A stretch of 63,931 nucleotides of DNA, counting the filler, from Phoronis australis (taxonomy: Eukaryota; Animalia; Phoronida): NCBI GenBank assembly GCA_002633005.1. It is 5 parts of 5 records of this genome, joined end to end, with 100 filler letters (N's around TTAATTAATTAA, not from the genome) between each part and the next. Parts side by side here need not be neighbours in the genome. Positions count along the whole stretch, not along the records: positions 44,569 to 56,387 come from NMRA01000235.1; positions 56,488 to 61,661 come from NMRA01002405.1; positions 61,762 to 63,931 come from NMRA01003818.1; 2 more parts are not named here. One strand, given 5' to 3'. Positions 52,491 to 63,931 of this stretch are shown piece by piece. The position numbers were made by a program, and so were the translations under genes. The notes under the pieces are model-generated. The model ran no database searches and was not told where the DNA came from. It saw only the letters and a program-made list of their open reading frames with translations. Each line of letters begins with the position of its first letter. Positions within the stretch are counted from its first letter, which is position 1.

Positions 52491-54459
52491 TGTGATTTTG
52501 CCTTAGGAAGTTGGTAGTCTTGCTATTAAAGCACCTCGAATACTAATTAGCAGTTAGAATCCAATGTGCATGAAGTTATATTTTGAACTGAGTTTCAAAG
52601 TTTTTATGCTGTATATTGTTTGTCTGCTGAGAAGTCAAGGAAAAACATGAGCTACAATACAATACTTGTCGTGTACTTATGGACTTTATACTGAAAGCAG
52701 CCGTTATCATCTTCACTTCTTCCACATGACCTCTGCAGTGGATATTGCTTGCAACATGAGGCATTTATATAGTCAAGTAACAGCTGATCACCTGGAGCAG
52801 GATACATGTACGTTTGCCCTCTGGAGGACTGGGAAGTAACATGAATTCACTCTTTAGACTTCTCACAACTAGTCACACACTCTTATTCAAGTACGTTCCT
52901 CTGTGTCTTCCACTGCTCGGGTGAAATATCTTCTCACTGGTAGCTGGTCCCATTTTGTCAGCCCCGATTGCTACTCGAAAGTCTCCCATTTTTCACTTGT
53001 GTCAAGCACAGCAAAATGCGCACAGATAACAAAATGATCACATTAGCCAGCCATACCACTTCAAAAGTGAAGTTATTGTGACATTGGCGGCTATATAACG
53101 TCCACGGAATGACTCTGACCAGTGGTTTTGCATTTGCCTGTAATTGCCAATGAATCTTTCACCTTGACACTGTCCTCCGCTTTCAACGCCCTGCATCAAA
53201 ACCACTTGAAGATTCCTAAAGAAATGTTTGTTCAGACACACTCCACAGCTAACCCACAGTAAGCATCTTTGTAAACTGCACATTCACAGATAAAACCATA
53301 AATAAATGACCTTGTTCATACAACACTGTAAGATTTGGAACGTCGCAAGTGGGGAGAGGGCAACACGATTTTTGAAGGAAAATTTTATGAAAATGATTTG
53401 TCGGTGTTTTTTTTTTTTGTTTTTAGCAGTGCAAATAAGATTACTGAGCTTTGTAAAACCAGTGAGATTTGAATTTCGACTCTCGCAAAAGGTGTCCTGC
53501 CAAAGTTACTGCTATTTGCGTAGTAAGTATCCTAATTCCATGACTACGAGCACTTTTTAGAAATAAAGTAGTGTACCCTCGGTGCCTAGAAAATACAAAA
53601 TTTGATGAATGATAAATTGATTCGCCGTTTGCTGGCCAACTATTAACAAATGTTCACTTTTTGTTGACGTTAGTCGGCACTACTCATTGTGGTGAAATGG
53701 CGTAACCACCAGCCATTTTTTACTTCAAATGACATGAAATCCGTGCGCCAGGAATTTTTTTGTCTTATTTTGTAGATCTAAAATAGCTCAACACACTGGT
53801 TGGTACTAAAATGTTCTGAAACCTGTGCCAGCTGAGATATCGGGATACGAGTTAAGCCAATTTTGACAGTTTCAAAAATCACTAAAAACACTCATCTTAT
53901 GCGGCTCTAAAATCAGACAAAAATTATCGAAATCTTTAAAATAGTCGAAGGTCACACCTGATCAATAACACAGGTTCAATATTTCAACGTTACTTCCACT
54001 GCAGAACGTAACTGTCGGAATTTTACTAAAACTTAACTGCCGCCAGGCTGAAAACTTGTCGGAAACAAATAGTATCAATGGAAACCAAAAGGGGGCGTTT
54101 TGAAAAAAATAAAGGTGGTCAGGAGTCATTTGGGCCAGAGTCATCTCACAGACAAAATATAAAGAGAATCTGTGACACAGCGTTTATCACCCTCTGCCTG
54201 GTCCATTCGCGAACATGCTCTTAAGGCTTCTAGGTTCTTCTCTTAAGAATTAGTGCCAATTTTAGATTAACCTTTCGGAACCTGCTCCAGTCTTTTGCTT
54301 GCACCTGTCTTGTTCAATGCAGTTGTTGTTTGCTGTCGCTCAACATCTCCCATGTCGAAGGTACATCCCGATGACTGAATCGGCCATTGGCAGGTTCATA
54401 CACATTTTAATTAATTCTCCCGTGCCTTGATTTTGATTTTGATCTTAGCGACACGCAGC

Positions 54460-56075
54460 GTAATCAAAAGATAAATCATTATGGTATTACTGGAGTTGAA
54501 TATGCACTGTTTAAAAGTTATCTCTCAAACCGCACCCAATATGTTTCACTAAGTGATACAACTTCCAGTTGGTTACCAATATCTACCGGAGTTCCCTAAG
54601 GCTCTGTCCTTGGCCCACTTCTCTTCCTAGTTTACATAAATGATCTTTCGTTTTCTTCTCCCATGGATACACTTCTTTATGCTGTCGACACTTGCCTCGT
54701 CACACCTTACAAACTGACTGAATCTTCCCAACGCACTTTACAGCAATCGACCACCATCAGCAACAACCTTAAATCTATTTCAGACTGGTTTTCCGTGAAC
54801 AAACTTTCAATTAACACATCAAAAAGTAAATTAATGATCTTCCACTACCCCGAAAAGTAAATTGAAGAATGTATTATTCCCACCATTTATATAAATAGCA
54901 AAACAATATGTCATGTGAACAGTTTTCCTTACCTTGGTATTACTGTTGACAAAAACCTCTCATGGTCCCCCCACATGAACCTCATCTCAAACAAACTTAA
55001 CAATCTCGGTGGACTTTCATACAAATTGAAATCTTATCTTCCTCTTCCAGCTCTCAAGTTGTTATATAATTCACTTGTCCTTCCACATTTAACCTATGAC
55101 ACTGCAACTTTTGGTTTCTGGCAACACTAAGAAACTTCAGACAGCCCAGAAAAGACTCCTTGGGAATATATCAAATTCCAGTTATAACGCTCACTCTCTA
55201 CCCATATGTAAGGAACTTCGCCTCCCTCTAATTCAAGACATCTTTAAAATCTCAACTGCAAAATTTTATTACAAATTCCTCAATAATCAGCTTCCTAAGT
55301 ATTTTTACACTAACAACTTCGTTACTAAACCCATCCAATATAAACCAACCAGACACATTAAAACTCCTACATACCTGAATCAATACTCAGATGCTATACC
55401 GACAATTCAACCCAAAATTTTAATTCCTCCGTCCAACAAATTGTCATCAAGAGCCTGTATTAGATTTCAGATTACTCGACTTATCAACAACAACGAAATA
55501 CCAGTCTCTGCTCTAAATATAATAAAAACGCATTCTTTGCAAGCATNACCAACCAGACACATTAAAACTCCTACATACCTGAATCAATACTCAGATGCTA
55601 TACCGACAATTCAACCCAAAATTTTAATTCCTCCGTCCAACAAATTGTCATCAAGAGCCTGTATTAGATTTCAGATTACTCGACTTATCAACAACAACGA
55701 AATACCAGTCTCTGCTCTAAATATAATAAAAACGCATTCTTTGCAAGCATTCTCCAGGTTCTTAACAAATTTTATTATTAGCAACTACGATCCAGTTTCT
55801 CATGTTTCCAACTGCTCCATATGTAACGGTATCTAATTGTATTCTCAAAATCTCCTGAGCTGTGCCAGTTTACTTCTTGGTTCCTGGCGTGTCGGTCGTT
55901 TTCAGCACTAATTCACTGTTTTCTTAAGTATTCCTACTGAGTTTTCCATTTCCATTTGTACAGGGAACCTTCTTATTAACGGTCAATAACCTTTAGAAGG
56001 CCTAATCAATGTATTATTATGATGTAATGTAAATAAAAGCGTTCTCTCTCTCTCTCTGTCTCTCTCTCTCACACA
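54460..56075 (+). mobile_element. 5'-truncated, decayed CR1/L2-group LINE (RT remnant + 3' tail)
   Basis: HYGITG..LFKSYLSNRTQYV..STGVP*GSVLGPLLFLVYINDL..LYAVDT..WFSVNKLSINTSKSK..YLGITVDKNLSW..LYNSLVLPHLTY; stops and frameshifts; ends with AATAAA + (CT)n. Confidence 0.9.
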
Positions 56076-56387
56076 CTTGATTGAGTCTGCTATGTCATAT
56101 GGCCACTTTCGGCAGGTCTTGTCGCCTGATTCGATTAGACTGGATTGAACCTCTAAAGTTTTGCAGCCTCTGCCTCTTAGAAGTGATAACTTCTTCGTGT
56201 CAACATATCCCTCCTTAAGACAGAGATTTCTTTTGAATGTGGTCCAGGTTTACCACGCTTCACCGGATCTCTCTGGTCACACTTCAGCGCCACAGTGGTT
56301 AACTTTTGATGCTGATTTACCTAAGTCTAGTGAAGTGTCATACATTGTGGCAGAAAAGGCTCCTTTCCTCTGCAAGGCAATTTCTTC

Positions 56388-56487
56388 NNNNNNNNNNNNN
56401 NNNNNNNNNNNNNNNNNNNNNNNNNNNNNNNTTAATTAATTAANNNNNNNNNNNNNNNNNNNNNNNNNNNNNNNNNNNNNNNNNNNN
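56388..56487. other. Assembly gap linker
   Basis: Same construct. Confidence 0.97.
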
Positions 56488-59400
56488 AGAAGCCGACGCC
56501 AAAAACAAACTAGAGAACAGTAAGAACGGCCACTACGAGGCGCAAAATACGTAGAATCCATCCAAAAACGAGAAGCTGGCACAGTCTGTTATTTGCCAAA
56601 TTGAAAATAGGCCACGGACCTCCCAAGATACAGAGGAAAACATTAAAAGATAACGTTTTTACAGTACAAGGGTGCACAGCGGCAATCGGGTCCGTCCTAA
56701 AGTCCCCACCAATTGTTTCCCACTTTCATAGATATACACTTGCCAAATTTAATAATGTTCCTGCGAGGGTTTCTTGAGACACAGCTGCGGACATACAACA
56801 GGAAAGCACTCTGAGGTGAGACAATGGAACGAAATCAAATAAAAATGTAAAGGTCAGGTTTATGGCGAAACCAAGAACATCAGCAATCACGGACCCGTCG
56901 CCTATTACATCAACGTCAGTTTATAAAAAAACACATTAAACGTGCATTTAAGAATCAGTCAATAAAAGACCGTCATTAGATCAGAAAACCTCGAATAACT
57001 CAAAGAACGGTAAGTCGTAGCGAGAAACCAATCAAATATTGCAGATAGCCCGTGAAAAGATCTATTTACATACCGAAGTTTAAAAAGCTTGGTCAAAAGA
57101 TCGAGGAGCGAGCATAATTCGAAAAATGGCCGTTACAACCACATCTTGCCTCCAATTTCGTTCAAAAGCAAAAGACCTCGAGGTATTGTCTAGATGAATG
57201 CTGAATGTAAATTGTACGTCGTTCAGACGAAACATGTGATCTCTAGCACGAATGTGATAGGTCAACAAAGTGCAGCTAGAAATAAGGCACTAAAAGAACA
57301 GTTATCTAAGGAGTAAATCTCGAATATCTCGAGACCGGAAAGTCGTTACGAAAAGTGGGAATGCTTATAGCGCGTGAAACAATCTATTTGCATATCAAAT
57401 TTCAGACAAATCCCTCAAGGGAAGCCAAAGATACGGCACAAAAATCAATTGATTGGAGAGCAGTCACCGGAAAATCCCGAAGAACTCGAGAACAGTAAGT
57501 TCCCTATCGAAAAAACGGCACGTTTCTTATAGCTTGTGAAGTATCCACATCTAGGCTGTGGGTCTGCAAACCGAAATATTAAAAAATGGCCGCTTCATCG
57601 CCATCTTGTTTACAATTATAACTAGAAACAATAGAGTTTGAGCCATTCACCATACACTTGTTGTGTGCAAATTCCATGTTGATCGTATACGAAATGCAAC
57701 CTGTAGCGTGCGGCAAAGAAACAAACAAAGCAAGAGACTTGGGAGAAATTTCACCAAGTAACAAAACTGCCACTAGGAAATGCCACAGTAGTCAGAGTCG
57801 TCTGAAAATTATCGGTCCTCTTCCCACTAGAAACACATTTATCCTTAGTGCGGTTTGGCATATAAAAAGCGGACTCGAAAAAATGGCTACATGTGGCGCA
57901 GAAGACGTCCAATCCATCTGAAAACGTCGTCTCCTCAATAGACATTTACTTGTAAAATTTCATGAAAATCTGCCAAAAAACTACGAAGATACCAACTGCA
58001 AAGAAAAATACTGAAATTGCCAATTGGGGCACACCAACAGTCAGATCCGTCGTAAAATTAGTCCAAGCCGTCCCATCCATTATATAAACACATCTTCGAA
58101 ATTTCATTATTTTCACCCAGGGTTTTGGACATACAGTACAACAGCAGGCGCCCGGCGCCGGATGGACAGATGTACATGTATGGACAGACGGCATAATGTA
58201 TAAACATACACAACAGCCACGTCTCTGATGCAACAATGAGCACCGCCATTGACTCTCTGTAACTACGGTTGCGCGGTTTACATACAGAAGAGAACATATT
58301 TAAATGAAAGCATCTACACTTGATACTAAATTTATCTCAATCTTGAGACACGTCGTGGTGGCATTCTTACGGACGGAACAATACATCACGTGAATTGAAT
58401 AACTAAACTTTAACTCTCTGCTATGACTATAACGCTACTTAAATAATTGACGCGAGTTTTTTCAATCCATTGTTTGCATTTGCTTGTTTCAGCCTGAGCG
58501 ACTTCTTTAGGCTTCAAGACCCTTTTTACTTTTCCGTAGTACATGTTTACAGTAACCACAACAAAGCCCTGTGCTTATTTGTATTATTTCCTTTGGAACT
58601 AATCTATATATAATGTTTTGTTGCCGTTGCCATAACACAGGCGCATTGCACAGGAAAAACCAGAGGCGCCTGAATTCAGGCTTTGTTGTCAGCAGCGCTC
58701 GAAATAGACGCTGGCCCGGTGTTATAGGGCCAGTGGATATGCGGCCGGGCTAGTAACTTTAAAAGTTAACTTGACACCAGTAAATTTTCAGACTAACAGG
58801 CCCGGCGGGCCAGCACACTTATTTGCTAAATTTAAAACACTGGTTATCAGCCCCATTCGTTTGAAATGAATGACTCTCACTTTTACGTATTTGAAGGTTT
58901 ACATCATCGTGTTCATCAGAACAAAAATAAAAACAATTGATTCTGTTTTATTTCGAAAATCGGTGTAATAATGCAGTATTTTTAGTTGTCCTTGTTTTAA
59001 AAGTCCCCCAATGCCGACTGAAAAGGCCGTTGAGATATTTTTGCCGACCGAATGCCAGATATGATTCGCCGGTTTCAAGATGATTCGGGTGCGGGCCAGA
59101 AACACGAATGCTTATTTGTCCAAATGTAGAAACAAAATTAATTTCAATGTTAATGAATTTTCATATTTAAAGATATTTCAAAGATAACCAATAAAATGGG
59201 CCTTGATTGATTCCTCGGTGGATTTCAACAGACCTACGTATTACACTTCAATTCCATTTCACATGCAGGGTTCGTAAAGGAACATCCCTCCTCTTGAGCA
59301 AAAATAAAGCAGGGTCAAGTGTGAGTTTCAAAAACCTTCAAAATACCTACCTTCCAGTGCCACATTGATTTCAAAACCCAAGTTTTCAAAAAAAACCTGT

Positions 59401-60522
59401 AAATATCAGGCTCATTAAAAAGATGATCAATGTGATTTACAGTGCAACGAATGACATCATTCTTTGGTTTGACTTCAATCACGCTTTGAATGTACAAATA
59501 TCACTGATGCTTGTGTCGCCGTGTTTCGTTTTAATGATAATTTTTACATATATATATATGAAAATATATATTTATGTGTATATGTATATATATTTGCTAC
59601 CTATATACATGTATAATATCAAATCGATTTCTAGACAAAAATATCCTTTCTTGTTTATGCTCATATTGACGGAATAAAATATTTAAGTCTTTCGTAGCAC
59701 AACAAAACAGTGGTTTGAGGTCAATCTGTCAAATGTCAACGCTAAAATTCATGATTTAAGCCCAACACACGTTTATAAATCTGTATGTTTATAAAACTGA
59801 CTTTTCACACATGATAAACATGCGCGCACCCAGCCAAAAATATAGGGGGCCCGAATTTTTCAGAGCGTGGACCTTTTACTGAAAAAAGTGGTGCTACCTT
59901 CAGACCTATGAATTGTGCATTCGCTCCGAATTCCTGTGGACTTCTCTATCGTTTTCTGGGACTTTTTTTCTCTGAGGCGGACCTTTCTGGCCACTTCACC
60001 AAATGTGGGGGTAGGAGGTGGTTCATNCGCATGATAAACAGTTTAAATGATTCGTATTTATTGAAGTGGCCGTAAACCCATGTCGTTAAAAACGTTTTGA
60101 TTTAAACCACCTAAGCAGTAACATTGGTTTCTTAGTCAGATGGTTATGTTATTGCTGGGTTTGCAAAGAAATGGGAATTCCTTACTTTTTGAGATCATGT
60201 TCGGCTCATAAAAACACGCTGTGACAATCGACCTTGAGCCTAGTCAAACAAAATAACGAACTAGCAATTGTTTCGAAGACTTGAAATTCTTTTTTCCGTA
60301 ACGATTTTGCTGTTCTTGTGAAGGTGGCCAGATATAATGCCGCTTTTACTTTCAGATTAATCCGGGATCAAAAACAAACGCTTTAACTCTCAATATCAAA
60401 TGTACTGAAGCTTGGTGCATGATCACGACACACATTTTTGATATTTATAGACGACGTTAGTGAATAGTTCGTGAACTGAGTACAAATTGAATACGCACAA
60501 AAGAGCATTGTCGCATTTTAGC

Positions 60523-60540
60523 GCTGACGCACCAATCAAT
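60523..60540 (+). promoter_or_regulatory. Candidate CRE-like/CCAAT element upstream of the orphan ORF
   Basis: CTGACGCACCAATCAAT about 90 nt upstream of ATG 60625. Confidence 0.25.
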
Positions 60541-60624
60541 AAAATAGCACTGCTATTCAACAAAAAAGTTAACAGAAGTCGCTTACTCGCGAGTAAGTAG
60601 CCGAGGTGAACGGCCGCGACGACA

Positions 60625-61661
60625 ATGCCGGAACGTACCGGGATTTTGATATTGATTTTACTTTTTTGCTGTGTGGCAGCATCTAAGGTGAACGCAACAT
60701 CTCAACAATGTGACTTAACCTTAGATAGTGGCCCGGGGAGTGATTTCCTACAATGCGTTAATGGAAAATGGAACGTAAACGTTACGAATGCAACTTTGAA
60801 ATACAACCACGGAGTACTGCAAATTGGACACCACCACTGGATGCAAGACTGGGGCAGATTGTTTAGAAAAAACAACACGTGGCACGTGCGCGTAGGCTGC
60901 GAGGAGCACACGTGGAATGAGTTCTTCAGGCGTCACAAATTTAACGCCACTACTGAACGGTTCGAGAAGGGAAACTACTCCATCGAAGAAACTTGGTTGC
61001 CATGCGTGAACAACTCGCTGGAGAGAATAAAACCGGATGGCTGCATTGACGATCGCGAGCTTGACAAGATGAAGAATGCAAGCCACTTTAAGTTGAATTG
61101 TGATGCCAATAGTACACGGTGGACGCTGATGGGCCAACGACTGTCTGACATTGTGGAAAAGTGGAGACGACTTGACCGTGACGTGGACGTGTTTGAGAAA
61201 ATACGGACAACACCCGAATATCACGGCAGATGCAACGCGTCATCTTTTGCGGGGAGAGAAGCAGCGAATGCCTTGGAAAAAGTGAAAGATTTCATGATGT
61301 CTTTGGAGAGTAAGAGACGCGATTTAACATGCCGGGACTGGGGAAATAATGACAACAATAATGAAGACAACTGTCTTGACTTCGACAAATTGGCACGAGA
61401 AGTTAATAGAAGCAGAGCTTCTGGTGTACCCTTAAGTCTTTGTTATTGTAAAACATTTTCGAAAATCCTTCACGAAAGGAACATGACTAACCATACACGC
61501 GTAGCAAACGAAAGTTGTGAGGCTTATACAAATCGAACGGCTCAAATAGTCTTGAAATTCGATACAGAGATGAGACAGAAATTCTCCTGTTCCGGACCGA
61601 AGTGTGTCGACTTACGCAACCTACGTAGACGCATTGATGAAGGAATGCAAGTTAACGACAG
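60625..61661 (+). CDS. Hypothetical secreted or membrane Cys-rich glycoprotein (3'-partial, runs into gap)
   Basis: Uninterrupted ORF of about 345 codons in AT-rich DNA; acaATG context; signal-peptide-like MPERTGILILILLFCCVAAS; 15 N-x-S/T sequons; 14 Cys after the leader. Confidence 0.8.
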
Positions 61662-61761
61662 NNNNNNNNNNNNNNNNNNNNNNNNNNNNNNNNNNNNNNN
61701 NNNNNTTAATTAATTAANNNNNNNNNNNNNNNNNNNNNNNNNNNNNNNNNNNNNNNNNNNN
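61662..61761. other. Assembly gap linker
   Basis: Same construct. Confidence 0.97.
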
Positions 61762-63931
61762 TATATTTTCAGACACTGCATTTTTGTTACTTTTTATCAA
61801 ACTTATTTTCACTCCGAAATAATTTCTTGACCCTTTCCACTGAATTTGCGTTTAGAAATACTAGACATAACAGCCGTCATCAATAGTACTTAAAACTGCA
61901 GTAAAGAACGTGACTAGCTTTTACTTTGACAGCCAACCACTACAACTCTGGTCTCAACTCGGCGAGTTTACTATTGTGAAAAGTGATTTCTGTGCCTACA
62001 AGGAACTGACATTTCGTTATTCCTGGTGACCGTGCTTGGCACATACGATGAGCAATAATTCAAGCAATAAAATCACAAGTTCTCTTGCAAACTTCGGAAA
62101 TCACTTCTCATATCTGTAACGGTTAGGCCAAAAATACGATTGGTTCTGGTTTGAATTTTTGAGAATTGATTCTAAGACGCGGTGCTTTCAATCGTTTATC
62201 TTTTTACAAAGTCACCGTGTACGAGATGATGTGAAGCGTGTTTTCAGTTTTCAACGGTCCAGTGACGCCTCACCTGACATTGGAAACCTTTTTCTTAATC
62301 AATCAAGATAAAGGGATGAGTGTCGGTAAGTGACCGAACCACTTTGATTCAGTGATTGAAAGCCTACCTTGTGTATTTGTGCAACTTTGGAAAAAAAGAA
62401 CTCCGCTAAAAGTGATGCAGGGCGGCTCTTCTTTCAAAAGGATACCAAACCCGGATATGGCCTATTANAGAATACGCCCTGTAACCATCGACAACCCTCA
62501 AAAGGTCGGAGGAAAAATTGAAAACCCCTTTCAAAGTCTGCTAATCGGACAAGCGTGACCTACGCTTTTCGCGAATTACACGGCAACTGTGGGAAAAGAC
62601 CAGTCATCAAGGACCAGAATGCCCAATCTGCGACACAAGGAGTATGAGTTTTTAGTTGATTCCTGTCTTTATCTTGGAAGGTTGACGCCAATTACGCTTT
62701 AGCAGGTGACAGAACGAGGATTGGTTGAAATCATCGAAACAGGGTTTAGTATCCTTTTAAACAGCGAGGCGCAAATCAGACGTATATATCTATATATCGT
62801 CAAGTGTTAAAAGCGAAGCAGGCAATCACACTGCAGTTTCCTTTAGCAGATTCTTTCGTCTACGGAACTCAACCCAGATCCAATTATTCTTGGCCTAAGT
62901 TGTCTAAATCAAATTTTAGTTAACATCAATATACAATGTAACGCCATAATGAAGCATGATAAGTCTTGGTAGATGATTCTGCTATTAGGAACTTCGAATA
63001 GGTAGAAGACTATTCTAAAACACGCGATCCTCTAACCACTAAATCATGCGTTTAGAAGGGAACAGCAGAAATGGGTAAGTTGCTGGACCCGAGTTTGGTG
63101 AATTAGAGGGCTAAAACTCAAATTAAACCAAATTATGTCTATGTTTATATATCGAAACATTCTAAACTTTGATCCTGGTACAATGTACTTGTATTCTCTT
63201 ACATGGGCGGCACAGCACTGAAAAAAGGGGATACTATAGCACCCCCCCCCCCGGCCCCCCATGGTGCGCCGCCCATGTCTTACGATAATCGCGGATGGGA
63301 TTTTTCCGGGGACCCCGATTGATTGTTTCTCTCGGTTATTGTTAAGAATGCAGGGACACGCGGCTTTGAGGATTTTTGTACCCAGGCCAAAAAGCACGAC
63401 TCGTTTCGATGTATAAAACACGAAATGGTCTGTTGAATTTTTGCAGCGTTATATGTCAAACTCGGGTCCAGCAATTTTAAGCAAATTGAAAGAAACAATG
63501 TATCAATCAGTGTTGAGTACTGTCTACGCATCCTGATTAGTCGTATTCAACTTTGTGTCGACTTCATACGACAATCTTAGTGTATAGCTAGTGATCCAAA
63601 AGTCGTATACAACTTCTGCGTCGATAGAAAATGGAGGCAAAATCGGACATTTTCTTTTTGGATTTCAAACGCGACACATTGTACAAGACTTTTTACTCGA
63701 AAATTCGAGACACAGGCCTTATCTACACACGCCGATGAGTCGTACACGACAGTCAATTAGTACAAAGTCGACGTGCACGACAAATCGTAACGAGTAGACA
63801 AGGCTACCTACATGTAAATGAAACAATTTCGATTGCTCCAAGATTTGATCGATGCAAAAAACGAGTTCGTAAATCTTATGATTGAAGCTTATATTTTCTA
63901 ACTTGTATTCATTACTGATAGCTGTTACATG

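Noticed and set aside
53054-53214. Exon-like open segment on the minus strand (NLQVVLMQGVESGG...)
   Set aside because: Splice-like ends, but no recognisable motif or partner exons.
55344-55750. Exact 203-bp tandem duplication in the LINE, giving an internally repeated 246-aa ORF
   Set aside because: The copies are identical and separated by a single N; most likely an unmerged contig overlap.

Overview
AT-rich, intron- and repeat-rich animal genomic DNA, probably an invertebrate deuterostome (inference from gene and repeat content). It consists of five contigs joined by artificial 100-bp N/TTAATTAATTAA linkers. The main gene is on the minus strand. I reconstructed 14 GT-AG exons (23397 to 9684; 1857 nt; 618 aa; 5' part missing) encoding FN3 + an RPTP-type membrane-proximal stalk with a polybasic furin-like site + TM + an intact Tie-family tyrosine kinase. 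Immediately downstream on the same strand lies a colinear series of decayed exons resembling the D1 (C-terminal half) and D2 domains of a receptor protein tyrosine phosphatase. This suggests a receptor phosphatase gene converted into a receptor kinase by capture of a Tie kinase cassette. Also present: a 5'-truncated Penelope-like retroelement whose inverted terminal arms each carry a tRNA-like Pol III module and a minimal hammerhead ribozyme; a decayed CR1/L2-type LINE; a tRNA-derived SINE head; several MITE-like repeats and mini/microsatellites; and a long single-exon ORF for an orphan, densely N-glycosylated, Cys-rich secreted protein that is cut by a gap. All calls were made by eye, without database searches.
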